Notes: generated by a model from the sequence alone, not told the origin. 51,640 bases of DNA from Candidatus Doudnabacteria bacterium (GCA_038230955.1 JBBRMG010000004.1:1-51640); one strand, 5' to 3'. Positions 38,784-48,199 are shown, counted from the first letter of the stretch. Program-made: numbers and translations.

Positions 38784-39527
38784 CTAGTTGTGCAGTTCCT
38801 GCATGATTGATGCAATTTCGGCTGAAGTAAAATCTGCGGACAAAAGCGCGTTACTGGTCAGCAAGAATTCCATCAGTTCAGTGCGATGAACAACATGTAT
38901 GCCTGGGGTGTGGCATAATTCCTGAGAGATAGTCCCCTCCGAATCGGAAAATACTAACAAAGCTCCGACATACGTATCTATTCCATGAACTTTGAGCCAG
39001 TTATGCAAACTGTCGGCATCGTCGATAGCTTTGGTAATAGAATTGCTGCCAGGATAAGATTGGCCATTGCGCACTAATGTCATACTATGTCGATCGTACT
39101 GACCTTTCTGTGATTTCACCATTACGCCGTACATGCCCGTCGGACCGATTATGACAAAGTGGAAACTACCGCCGCGCCGAGGCACACGCACGTCTTGGCA
39201 AACAACATAATCGTGCGGTAACCGATGCAGTTCTTCTGCCACGACACCTTCACCCGATAACCGACGCTGCATATGCATCGCTTGAATATTGGCGTGCTTA
39301 ATTACTTTTAACAGAACGTATAAAATGCCCGAAATAATGACAAAAAAAGCGATAAATAATATGAATTTACCGCCGGCCACTAATTCTTTTGGTAATCGAT
39401 TGATGAGAAAGCCCCCGGCAAACCCCGCAATGAGAACGATAGCCAACCTAGCTGCCGTGCCTAACCACTCGTTGTTTCGCCGCAGTCGTAACAAATATGG
39501 GGCTTTTTCCCCGTAAAATTTAGCCAT
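38784..39527 (-). CDS. NERD-domain membrane protein, catalytic motifs degenerate
   Basis: Two TMs, GE.VVAEEL, 'FHFVIIGPTGMYGVMVKS' where NERD usually has D..V.GP.G...IE.K. Confidence 0.7.
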   Translation of the reverse strand: MAKFYGEKAPYLLRLRRNNEWLGTAARLAIVLIAGFAGGFLINRLPKELVAGGKFILFIAFFVIISGILYVLLKVIKHANIQAMHMQRRLSGEGVVAEELHRLPHDYVVCQDVRVPRRGGSFHFVIIGPTGMYGVMVKSQKGQYDRHSMTLVRNGQSYPGSNSITKAIDDADSLHNWLKVHGIDTYVGALLVFSDSEGTISQELCHTPGIHVVHRTELMEFLLTSNALLSADFTSAEIASIMQELHN

Positions 39528-39594
39528 AAGCTAAGGCTTAATTACACCGCAACCATAACAGATTTCGGCAGTTTTGGCTAGGGTATGAGAGGTG

Positions 39595-39770
39595 GGAGCT
39601 GTTGGGCGATATACTAGCACTATCCTCTTGCCCCTCCGACGTTGTCCTCGACAGCTACACTGTCTGCGGATTACTTCTCAGGGGCAAGAGATAGTCCAGT
39701 CACAGCCTAACGGCTCCTGTAAATTACTCATCAGAATTGAGGAGACAAGGTTACACACAGCCTAACGGCT
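39595..39770 (+). other. Long structured intergenic element with a duplicated 15-mer
   Basis: ggagctgttgggc/gcctaacggctcc and actatcctcttgcccct/aggggcaagagatagt stems; cacagcctaacggct at 39701 and 39756. Confidence 0.55.
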
Positions 39771-39800
39771 ACCGTAGATCATACGTTAACCAATGTATTT

Positions 39801-40367
39801 CTAGGCACTAACCAAAGTTTTTCTGAGGACTTTGTAGTTAGGGATGGTTTGGGAGACGAGTTGCCAGAATTTGGGAGAATGATTAAATTCGGCGAGATGG
39901 CACAGTTCATGGGCCACCAAGTAGCGGGCTTGGTCTTCCGGCAAAAACACAATCTTGTAATTAAAGTTGAGATTACCTTGCTTGGAACAACTACCCCACC
40001 GCGTTTTCTGATTACGAATAGCCACGCGACCAAACTGAAAATTGTAATGTTCATTTAGCTCGGTAATGTAGATGTGGACTAACGCCCGTGCTTGCTCTTT
40101 GTATTTAGCAAAGTCGCGCGCACTCGATTTCGGAATAGCGCTAGGATTAGTAGCTCTAGCGGCATACTGCGCTAGCTTACTCCAAATCCACGATGCTTTC
40201 GCTTGGACAAACTTTTCGGCATAGCGATACGACAACCCTTTGGGCAAAGTGACAATAACAGTGCTGTCTGGTTTTACAGCAATACGAAGATAGCGCGCAC
40301 GGGAGTTAGTGCGCAGTGTAATCGGAATGAGGTGATCGTTGAATGAGAGAGTGGCAGCAGAGTCCAT
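39801..40367 (-). CDS. YgjP/DUF45 (M48-like) zinc metallohydrolase
   Basis: QKTRWGSCS, YLVAHELCHL.EFNHSPKFW. Confidence 0.9.
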   Translation of the reverse strand: MDSAATLSFNDHLIPITLRTNSRARYLRIAVKPDSTVIVTLPKGLSYRYAEKFVQAKASWIWSKLAQYAARATNPSAIPKSSARDFAKYKEQARALVHIYITELNEHYNFQFGRVAIRNQKTRWGSCSKQGNLNFNYKIVFLPEDQARYLVAHELCHLAEFNHSPKFWQLVSQTIPNYKVLRKTLVSA

Positions 40368-40401
40368 TTTTGTTTTGTTATATGTTGTTAGAATAGCGCG
40401 G

Positions 40402-40944
40402 CTATTCCGGCTTCAACAAACTAGCGAACTTTTCTTTCAGCTTGTGAATTTTTGGATCTATCATAACCTGGCAATAGCCGGCGTTCTTGTTGTTATCGTA
40501 ATAATTTTTATGATAGTCCTCCGCTTCATAGAATTTAGTCAGAGGTTCTAGGGTGGTGACAATGGGGTCAGAGAAAGTACCTTCATCCGTTAGTTTTTTG
40601 ATGAAGCTTTCCGCCTCTTGCTTTTGCTGGTCGTTGGTGAAAAACACCGTAGAGCGATATTGCGTGCCAACATCATTACCCTGCCGGTTTAAGGTTGTTG
40701 GATTGTGAGTAGCAAAAAAGACGGTCAACAAATCGTTGAATTTAATTTGCTCCCGATCATACTCAAATTTGATAGCTTCCGCGTGGTTAGTGTTACCCAT
40801 GCTAACTTGTTCATAAGTTGGGCTGTCGACGTGGCCACCGGCATAACCAGGCACGACAGATTCAACGCCGCGCAACCGTTGAAACACCGCTTCTGTGCAC
40901 CAGAAGCATCCACCTGCAAACACTGCCGTTTCGTGTTGTGACAT
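40402..40944 (-). CDS. msrA: Peptide methionine sulfoxide reductase A
   Basis: AGGCFWC, RQGNDVGTQYRS, AEDYH. Confidence 0.97.
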   Translation of the reverse strand: MSQHETAVFAGGCFWCTEAVFQRLRGVESVVPGYAGGHVDSPTYEQVSMGNTNHAEAIKFEYDREQIKFNDLLTVFFATHNPTTLNRQGNDVGTQYRSTVFFTNDQQKQEAESFIKKLTDEGTFSDPIVTTLEPLTKFYEAEDYHKNYYDNNKNAGYCQVMIDPKIHKLKEKFASLLKPE

Positions 40945-41008
40945 AAAGCTATATTTTAATTACATAGTTACTATATCAAAAAACCTCATTTTTCACGATA
41001 TTACAGCG

Positions 41009-41053
41009 ATAACCGTGAAAACTGTTAAGTTTTTAAGATGTTTTCACGGTTAT
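41009..41053. repeat. 14-bp perfect inverted repeat
   Basis: ataaccgtgaaaac-N17-gttttcacggttat. Confidence 0.7.
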
Positions 41054-41069
41054 GTGATACTTTTGTACT

Positions 41070-41417
41070 TTATGTCCTAAAACTATAGCTGGACTCAATA
41101 TTAAATTTGTCGTCGTGAATGAAAGCGTCAGAACCATCTTCTTTAGCACTTTGCTTAGCTGCCGCAATGGCTTGTTCTTTTGTGGCAAACGTTCGCTCGG
41201 CGCTTTCTCTTAACCGCTTTACTATCCAACTAGACCCATTGTCTTTAGGAAATGCGTGATAGTCTCTCATTCCACGTTCAATAGCCTCCACGTAAGACTT
41301 TACCTGGGGGTTATTGGGATCGGGTCGTTTTAATAAGACTTCTTTCATATCTATATTACTTAATCGCAAGATTGGCAATCTCTTCTTCATTATACTGATT
41401 TTTATTAATGTATTCAA
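41070..41417 (-). CDS. DUF2188-like small protein, true start probably further downstream
   Basis: YHAFP...WIVK...F.TKEQAIAAAK...IH. Confidence 0.65.
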   Translation of the reverse strand: MNTLIKISIMKKRLPILRLSNIDMKEVLLKRPDPNNPQVKSYVEAIERGMRDYHAFPKDNGSSWIVKRLRESAERTFATKEQAIAAAKQSAKEDGSDAFIHDDKFNIESSYSFRT

Positions 41418-41949
41418 TTAACTTTTTTCGACTTTCAAATAATACCTCTGTAAAATCCAGTCCACCTTTTTTATAATAGTTGCGATATAAGCGAACTTCC
41501 ACCTCAAAATAATTTTGGGCAATCCAAAGCAAAACTTGACGAGCTGATGCGTGTTTTTTAAAGAAATGCTCACTGGGAAATTTCCGGTCTCTCTGCATAA
41601 AGGCTGTATAAGCGGAACTAAAATCGGCGGGCTATATAGCATATACACTAACATGCTTCCCAGACCTTATAGATTTGGTAATCTTTATTTTTGCTCCAAG
41701 CTCAGAAGGCAAAACTCCATCAAAAATAATAATATTTTGATTAATCAAATAGGAAGAGATAAATTCAGTTTTCCCAGATGCTGGACCACCGGACATTAGA
41801 ATGACTATATCCAAATTCGAAGACTTAAGGCATTCGTCAAATTGTCGGTCTGCTAATTTTGCTGATTCAACATGAAAGTCACCAGACTTGTCTGGAGTAT
41901 ACCCTTGCAATTGTTGTTTGATGTCGTCAGCAGAGATAAGTATCGCCAT
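41356..41949 (-). pseudogene. Zeta-toxin-like P-loop protein interrupted by one in-frame TAG
   Basis: ISADDIK, H.ES..LA, GGPASGKTE. The two track ORFs are in one frame: ...VYAI*PADFSSAYTAFMQRDRK..., TAG at 41632-41634. Confidence 0.7.
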
Positions 41950-41972
41950 CTGCAAATATTAAGTATATTTGC

Positions 41973-42038
41973 AGGATACTCTTCAGGTGATAAAATTCCG
42001 CTAAAGAAATAATAAAGTTTTCCTAAAATCTTTTTAAA
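41973..42038 (-). promoter_or_regulatory. Promoter with five 11-bp-phased TTTA repeats
   Basis: TAAA on + at 41991, 42002, 42013, 42024 and 42035; -10-like TATCCT 20 nt after TTTAGCG. Confidence 0.65.
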
Positions 42039-42236
42039 CTATTCCGAGATAATTTCTTGCACACGCCCCACTTCCCCGCTCTTTAGCCGTACTTTTATGC
42101 CATGTGGATGAAATTTAGAATTAGTGAGAATATCTTGAACAATACCACGAGTAAAATTACCAGTGAGTTGATCTGATTTTAGTACAATATCTACTTCGAT
42201 GCCAGGGGCAATGTCGCTGCGGTTTTGTCCAGTCAT
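42039..42236 (-). CDS. YwbE (DUF2196) family protein
   Basis: V.IVLK.DQ.TG..TRGIV.DILTNS.FHPHGIKVRL.SGEVGRV. Confidence 0.9.
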   Translation of the reverse strand: MTGQNRSDIAPGIEVDIVLKSDQLTGNFTRGIVQDILTNSKFHPHGIKVRLKSGEVGRVQEIISE

Positions 42237-42284
42237 ACATTAAAGCTTACCATCTCTTTACCCTAGGGTAAAATCCCAAGCATC

Positions 42285-42431
42285 TTGACAGACTAATAAA
42301 AATTACCTATATTAACTGGTCATTGTTTAAGTCGCTCCTCCTGTTCCAGAAACTCACATGCAGGCGGTAACGCCTTGCATAATGACTACTCTTTCGGGAG
42401 TAAATAAAACTGGTATCGGAGGATATAAAAT
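42285..42431 (+). promoter_or_regulatory. Sigma70 promoter plus structured 5' leader sequestering the SD
   Basis: TTGACA-N17-TATATT; three-way junction whose closing stem pairs tcctcc with the GGAGGA SD. Confidence 0.6.
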
Positions 42432-42701
42432 ATGGCTTTTGTCTTGAAAAAAAGAGGTCCATTAGAATTACTTAGTGACCCGGGATTAAAAAATCGAACG
42501 ATTGAGCTAAAGGAAGTTCGAACAATAACGATTAGCCCAGAGGGGTCATCGAGCATTACGGCGCAATCAAGTGCATCTAATTACACGCCATGCCGTAGAT
42601 GCAAGCAAACAGGATATGATTGGCTTTTTGGTGTCAGCGAGCCTTGCGATTTCTGCAATGGGGCAGGATGGGCTCCTGGTCCAAAACCTCGACCTTACTA
42701 A
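42432..42701 (+). CDS. Small protein with a DnaJ-type zinc finger
   Basis: CRRCKQTG...CDFCNGAG; strong SD. Confidence 0.7.
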   Translation: MAFVLKKRGPLELLSDPGLKNRTIELKEVRTITISPEGSSSITAQSSASNYTPCRRCKQTGYDWLFGVSEPCDFCNGAGWAPGPKPRPY

Positions 42702-42765
42702 GGCAACAGAACAAAAAAGAGTCCGCGAGAATATCTTGCCGACTCTTTTTCTTTTTAAGAAAAGA

Positions 42766-42951
42766 TTAGTACAACCACACGCGGACACCCTTGTGATGAG
42801 AACAGGTGCCACTGCGGTTAACGCTGTGGCTCAGTGTACTGTCTCTACAGATAGCATGAGCCCGAGGCGGCGCATACTTTGCTTCTATCTTATGATTGCT
42901 CGGCAGCATTACAGCGACTGCAACCAAAGTTGCAACTAAGATTTTCTTCAT
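42766..42951 (-). CDS. DUF3761-like small secreted protein
   Basis: Signal peptide, AICRD...S..RSGTCSHH.GV..W. Confidence 0.8.
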   Translation of the reverse strand: MKKILVATLVAVAVMLPSNHKIEAKYAPPRAHAICRDSTLSHSVNRSGTCSHHKGVRVWLY

Positions 42952-43017
42952 AGATTCTTTAGATTAATTCTATGGATAGATAATGTCATAGAAAGACAAA
43001 GAAAATATAAAGCTTTG

Positions 43018-44037
43018 CTACTCTCCACCTTTTAAAAATATCCCATAAACATTTTCCCTGTGCCATTTTAAAGACTCAAGCGATGGCTTAGATCTAGGGT
43101 CTGCGGGAGTCTCCATTTTATTTCCATGCATAGCTTTTAAATAAGGTATTCTCATAGCATCAGGGTGTACCTCTAAAGTATAGTCATCTTTAATGGTGAA
43201 GAACCCCTTGTCAAAAGCCCAATGAAGATTCCTTTCCAAGGCCATACCATTAGACGGATGGCTGCCTCCTCCTGATGCTCTAGCACATATATGGGCTGCT
43301 TCCAAGTTAATAAAACTCTCATGGTCTATTACCACGGTCTTACCTGTAATCGCACATCTATATTCATAAAAGTACAAAACCAAGTCACGGAAAGACCTAC
43401 TTCTCATGATTTGCGTTGTTTCTGCTTCCATAGAAACTGAATGAATCACAGGTTCATTCAAAGCAGCTTCAACAACTTCATTTGGAATAATCTTTTTACC
43501 AAATTTTATCCGTCTTAATCCATCTAAATAAGTTAGGTCCTTTAGCTCAGCTAAAGCATGGCTAGCACGTTGATTGTCTAAATTCTGTAGGGTAGCAAGC
43601 AATTGATCATATTCTCTATCTCTTGGGCTATATTTAAGAATTTTGTAAATAAAATTCTTACTCTCCGCATTCATTTGATCTATGATATAAACTTTCAAAA
43701 ATACCAATAAATCATCCGGGCGATAGAATTCTTTACCGGGGTCCATTGCTGCATTTAAATATAATCTATACTCTCCTCGAGTGCCTTCTGCTGCCGTTTT
43801 ATTGTTATGAAATTCATAATTTGCCAAGACTATATCATCAGCAAAAGGAACCGCAATATCAATAAATACATGGTCATTTAAAACTACTTCGCTCAAAGGC
43901 GGGAAAAAACTTACAGCCTTTTTTGATATATAAAAATATCTTCCGGCCTTATGTGGTTGACCACTTCTAAAGCCTAGCTCCTGCGCGTTAGCTTTATGAA
44001 TATAAACTATTGGGTCAAAATCGTATAAAGGACTCAT
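43018..44037 (-). CDS. HNH endonuclease, probable restriction enzyme
   Basis: FRDLVL..YEYRCAITG, LEAAHI, NGMAL..NLHWAFDKG; co-operonic with two MTases. Confidence 0.85.
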   Translation of the reverse strand: MSPLYDFDPIVYIHKANAQELGFRSGQPHKAGRYFYISKKAVSFFPPLSEVVLNDHVFIDIAVPFADDIVLANYEFHNNKTAAEGTRGEYRLYLNAAMDPGKEFYRPDDLLVFLKVYIIDQMNAESKNFIYKILKYSPRDREYDQLLATLQNLDNQRASHALAELKDLTYLDGLRRIKFGKKIIPNEVVEAALNEPVIHSVSMEAETTQIMRSRSFRDLVLYFYEYRCAITGKTVVIDHESFINLEAAHICARASGGGSHPSNGMALERNLHWAFDKGFFTIKDDYTLEVHPDAMRIPYLKAMHGNKMETPADPRSKPSLESLKWHRENVYGIFLKGGE

Positions 44038-44044
44038 TTACTAA

Positions 44045-45289
44045 TTATGCACCAATTGATTTCATTTGACTAGTCAACTCATAGACAGCTTTTCCAATGG
44101 AAAAAGCTAATTTAGGAGGAACGGCATTCCCTATCATTTTATACTGATCACCTTTTGATCCCAAAAATAAGAAATCATCATCAAATGATTGAAGCCTGGC
44201 TGCTTCTCTTGGAGTTATAGATCTCGCCTGTTGAAAATCTGGGTGTATATGCCTTAGTCCATCTTTATGCAAATGAGACACTATTGTATTACTGGGTTTG
44301 TCTGCATGGAGAACATGATATTTGTGAATTTTTGAAACTTTTCCTGTCTTTAAAGTATAAAGTTCCTTCAAATTTTCCACGCTAGCATATTTCATGCTAC
44401 CACTATGAACATCCTCAGCTAATTCCCTGAATATCTCTATATCTCTTTTACTATGGAAACGTGGTAGATGGTTTTGAACATCCTTTTGCCCAGGGTATTT
44501 GATGTGAGACATGCTTTTCGCCGGCTTATTACTAACTTTAAATTTGGGCAAACTTAAGATTGCTTCTCCGACTGTCACTCTCTTGCTAGATTTAAACTTT
44601 GGCAATAATTTTGTGTAAAAATGCTCGAGAAGTTTTTGAGGATTATTCTTCGCTAATTCTTTTCTTATCCCGACTAATATTACCCGCTTTCTAAACTGCG
44701 GAACCCCATAATCTGCCGCCTCAACAAGCGCATATTTTCTGATATCGTCTATTAATTCGTAGCCCGACACTGAAAACATATTTTTAATTCTATCTATAAT
44801 AGGAATTCCACCGGGCATGGCACTTAAAATGCCAGGCACATTTTCAAAAACTATGACTTTGGGTTTAAAATTTTGGACAACTTCTATATACTTTTCAAAT
44901 AAATAATTTCTATAGTCATTTGTCATCCCATCCTTATCTCTTATCCTCCCTGCCAAAGAATAAGCCTGACATGGGGGCCCTCCTATTATCAAATCAACCT
45001 TTCCTCCGCTTTGAGCTACAACATTATTCAAGCCAATACCAGAACCATATTCTGGATCATCTTTCCAACCCTTCAAAAGTTCATTGGTTCTCTGGATATC
45101 GAACCTTAAAACTTGTTTATCGTTATATCCCTTTTGCGCCAATCTATTCGCAAGGGTCATAAAAGAGGATTGATCCCATTCCACTCCTGCTACTGTTTCA
45201 AAAAAATTAGTTTGTTCAAACCCCTCTATTAAACCACCGCATCCAGCAAATAAATCAATAGTTTTAAGTTTTTGAATTTGATTTTTCAT
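44045..45289 (-). CDS. DNA (cytosine-5) methyltransferase
   Basis: DLFAGCGG, GGPPCQ, ENV, QFRKR, GNAV. Confidence 0.95.
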   Translation of the reverse strand: MKNQIQKLKTIDLFAGCGGLIEGFEQTNFFETVAGVEWDQSSFMTLANRLAQKGYNDKQVLRFDIQRTNELLKGWKDDPEYGSGIGLNNVVAQSGGKVDLIIGGPPCQAYSLAGRIRDKDGMTNDYRNYLFEKYIEVVQNFKPKVIVFENVPGILSAMPGGIPIIDRIKNMFSVSGYELIDDIRKYALVEAADYGVPQFRKRVILVGIRKELAKNNPQKLLEHFYTKLLPKFKSSKRVTVGEAILSLPKFKVSNKPAKSMSHIKYPGQKDVQNHLPRFHSKRDIEIFRELAEDVHSGSMKYASVENLKELYTLKTGKVSKIHKYHVLHADKPSNTIVSHLHKDGLRHIHPDFQQARSITPREAARLQSFDDDFLFLGSKGDQYKMIGNAVPPKLAFSIGKAVYELTSQMKSIGA

Positions 45290-46356
45290 TATTTTTTTGA
45301 TAAATACTTCAATAATTGCTTGCCTATAATCGATGCCAAAAGTGGCGGGACGGCATTGCCTACTTGTCGATTTTGATTCGTCCTCGTTCCTGTAAAAATA
45401 AACGTGTCAGGGAAAGATTGCAAGCGAGCGTTTTCTCTAACTGTGGGAATGCGGTTATATTTATAATGAAAATGGTTTCTATGTCCTGTATCGATTGTTT
45501 TAGAAGGCTTTTTGCTATTATACCTGGTCCATGCTTCATTAAATTTTCGATTACTGCCTATCCCTTTGGGTAAGTCCTTATAATTACCTCCATCCGGAAC
45601 TTGCATAATAATTGATTTTATCAATTCAGTATGAGCAGAAGCAACATGATTATGCAACATATCAGACTTTCTACGCATTTGTATTTGATAATTGGTTTTG
45701 GGAGGAAGTTTATATGAATCATTTTCAATGCCAAATTCTTTTGCCCGGGGCGGCAAGTCGCTTATGGCCTGGCTAGCAGTTATATAATTTTCAGGATTAT
45801 GAGTGGGCTTTGGAAAATCAAATGTCCCTAATTCTTTTAAAATGCCGACAAAAAATACTCTTTTTCTTATTTGAGGCACACCGTAATCTGCAGCTGTCAA
45901 TATTTTATAATTTACATTATAACCAAGCTTTGTAAAACGCTTAATAATTTCATCTTTTACCTTACCATCATACATCATTGCTAAACCTGGAACATTTTCG
46001 ATAAGGAAGGCTTTTGGTCTTAATTCTTTAACAACTGAAATAAATGAAAGATACAATGTATTCCTTTTGTCATCAAAATTCCTTGGCCCCGTTAGCGAAA
46101 AACCTTGACAGGGGGGACCGCCTACCACTACATCTATCTTTTTACCCTCTAGTGCGCTTATAATATTTTTTATTGCACTCTTGTCAAAAAGATCAACTAA
46201 TAATGTCTTGCTTGTAGAATGGTTTAACTCAAAAGTATCCAATGAAGGAGCATCGTGATCCAATCCAGCAACAACATCAAATCCAGCTTCAATAAAACCG
46301 TAGGACAGACCTCCGCACCCACTAAATAGATCTAAAACTGTCGGCTTTGTTTTCAT
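45289..46356 (-). CDS. DNA (cytosine-5) methyltransferase
   Basis: DLFSGCGG, GGPPCQ, ENV, QIRKR, GNAV. Confidence 0.95.
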   Translation of the reverse strand: MKTKPTVLDLFSGCGGLSYGFIEAGFDVVAGLDHDAPSLDTFELNHSTSKTLLVDLFDKSAIKNIISALEGKKIDVVVGGPPCQGFSLTGPRNFDDKRNTLYLSFISVVKELRPKAFLIENVPGLAMMYDGKVKDEIIKRFTKLGYNVNYKILTAADYGVPQIRKRVFFVGILKELGTFDFPKPTHNPENYITASQAISDLPPRAKEFGIENDSYKLPPKTNYQIQMRRKSDMLHNHVASAHTELIKSIIMQVPDGGNYKDLPKGIGSNRKFNEAWTRYNSKKPSKTIDTGHRNHFHYKYNRIPTVRENARLQSFPDTFIFTGTRTNQNRQVGNAVPPLLASIIGKQLLKYLSKK

Positions 46357-46432
46357 ATTTTTATTGTATCAGAAAAGCCAAAAAAAAGCTGGTCCCGGTG
46401 TATTACCCAATCACAATCGCTATCACTCATTT

Positions 46433-46496
46433 ATTAAAGCATAGCTTTCATGAAATTTCGCTAAAGAAAAGATAAAATAGTTAAAATCTTTCTAAA
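46433..46496 (-). promoter_or_regulatory. Phased-TTTA promoter upstream of the RM operon
   Basis: TTTAtcttttcTTTAgcgaaatTTCA then TGc-TTTAAT, 20 nt after TTTAGCG. Confidence 0.6.
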
Positions 46497-46509
46497 AATC
46501 AAACATCCC

Positions 46510-46640
46510 GGCGCATACATCATCAAATCTCTCCAATTCACGGTTTTTTGTCAATAAATCGTGAATTGCATGCCATTTCTAAGCTAGATTCACGGTTTTT
46601 TGTTCTAAAACAACCCCCCAGGCACATACATCATCAAATC
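46510..46640. repeat. Short direct duplications at the helicase 3' end
   Basis: ggcRcatacatcatcaaatc at 46510 and 46621; attcacggttttttgt at 46536 and 46588. Confidence 0.7.
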
Positions 46641-47999
46641 GCCGGCGTGAGCCCGGCAATAGTCCAAGAACTGAATTACTCGCTCGTCCATAAGCACATC
46701 TTTCATTTGCACTGGCCGCACTAGCTGAATGCCCTCCAACGTCCGACACCGGGACAAAGCGACATATAATTGGCCATGGGCAAAAGCGCCATATCCTAAG
46801 TCCACCACTAATTTGTCGAACGTTTTGCCTTGGCTCTTGTGAATAGTCACGGCCCACGCCAACCGCACCGGATACTGACTGTACGTCCCTACCACATCTA
46901 TTTCCACCGATTGGTCGTCTTCATCCCACTGAAAATCGACCACGTCCCATTTGTGCCGCGCTACGTAGTGCTCGGTGCCATCTTCGGTCTCAATTATTAA
47001 AGTTTGCGCGCCGCGTCCTAGGGTTGCTGGATCATAACCACTGCGCTCATCATCACCACCACCGTCATCGTCTTCCCTAGCCTCATACACTCCCACAAAC
47101 TTGCCCACGGTGCCGTTGACCCAGCGTCCGCCTTTGTCGTTATTCAAAAGCATAACTTGTGCTCCCAACTTTAACTTCAACTCGTAGTCAGTCGGAAACT
47201 GGAACCCTTCGGTCTCGCCAGCTATATAGCCTTTGAACACAAATTCCTCATCTTCAATTCGGGCGAGATGCTCTTGGTTCACCCGATCAGCAATGGCATT
47301 AGTCGTGGCTAAGTAAATAACGTACTCTTCCAACTCGGTAGCGAATTCATCTACAACTCGACTATTCAATGCCGCTAACACCTCACCCGTGGCTGTATTT
47401 GTCCGAATAGACTGGAGTAATTCTAAAAACAAACCATCGCGTTGTCGATACACTTCCCCTAGTTCTATGAAGCGAAAGCTAATATCGCCAAACACATCAG
47501 CCGAAAAAAAGTAAGGCGTGACGTAACTTTTAGCAAACACGATTGCTTCTTCTCTCTTCACTACCGGTGGTAATTGATACAAGTCGCCGACCATAACTAT
47601 CTGCACTCCGCCAAACGGCAAATTCGGTCGACGCCTGTTGGCCCGCAAGAATTTGTCGAACCCGTCCATGAGGTCGGCCCGCATCATCGAGACTTCATCT
47701 ATGATTACCAAATCCAAATGCTCCACCACTTTTTTGTGTGGATCTTTTTCAGGCAAAATTTTCGGCCGCTTCATGTTCGAGTTGGTGCCCATACCGCAGA
47801 ATGAATGAATAGTCCGGCCACCAATATTAGCCGCGGCCACACCAGTCGGCGCTAAGATAACCACATTGCGCTTCGTACGCTTTCTGAACTCTTCCAAGAG
47901 CGTGGTCTTACCTGTGCCGGCCTGTCCGGTAATAAACAGGTTTTCGCGGGTGCTCTCCATGAGTTTTAAGGCAGCGTGGGCGTCGTCTGTCCAGTTCAT
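46605..47999 (-). CDS. PIF1-family DNA helicase
   Basis: GQAGTGKT, APTGVAA, TIHSF, IDEVSM, GDLYQLPPV, TIHKSQG, YVALSR; ATG 47999 preferred. Confidence 0.92.
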   Translation of the reverse strand: MNWTDDAHAALKLMESTRENLFITGQAGTGKTTLLEEFRKRTKRNVVILAPTGVAAANIGGRTIHSFCGMGTNSNMKRPKILPEKDPHKKVVEHLDLVIIDEVSMMRADLMDGFDKFLRANRRRPNLPFGGVQIVMVGDLYQLPPVVKREEAIVFAKSYVTPYFFSADVFGDISFRFIELGEVYRQRDGLFLELLQSIRTNTATGEVLAALNSRVVDEFATELEEYVIYLATTNAIADRVNQEHLARIEDEEFVFKGYIAGETEGFQFPTDYELKLKLGAQVMLLNNDKGGRWVNGTVGKFVGVYEAREDDDGGGDDERSGYDPATLGRGAQTLIIETEDGTEHYVARHKWDVVDFQWDEDDQSVEIDVVGTYSQYPVRLAWAVTIHKSQGKTFDKLVVDLGYGAFAHGQLYVALSRCRTLEGIQLVRPVQMKDVLMDERVIQFLDYCRAHAGDLMMYVPGGLF

Positions 48000-48100
48000 G
48001 AGTTGTCCACATCTGAGCGATAGCGTCGCGCCCATGCCTTGTCCGTTTCTACCCGACGGCTGCGTTGGTAAATTTTTGCAAATTCTTTATCGATGTCCAT
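47996..48100 (-). CDS. 34-aa ORF translationally coupled to the helicase
   Basis: MDIDKEFAKIYQRSRRVETDKAWARRYRSDVDNS*, ATGA overlap, GGAG SD upstream. Confidence 0.45.
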   Translation of the reverse strand: MDIDKEFAKIYQRSRRVETDKAWARRYRSDVDNS

Positions 48101-48199
48101 AATAATCAATTAGTCTCCCAATTATATCACACATAAAAAATGAACCCCGTTAAGCTTGTCAGCAAAACGGGGCGAAGGTCAATGAAAGAAAAGAATATA

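Noticed and set aside
41418-41654. 78-aa ORF suggesting a frameshift in the zeta-like gene
   Set aside because: The two real halves are already in the same frame, separated only by TAG.
42567-42939. Overlapping ORFs 42571..42939 (+) and 42567..42812 (-), and other short antisense ORFs in the track
   Set aside because: They overlap better-supported genes and show no recognisable motifs or SD.
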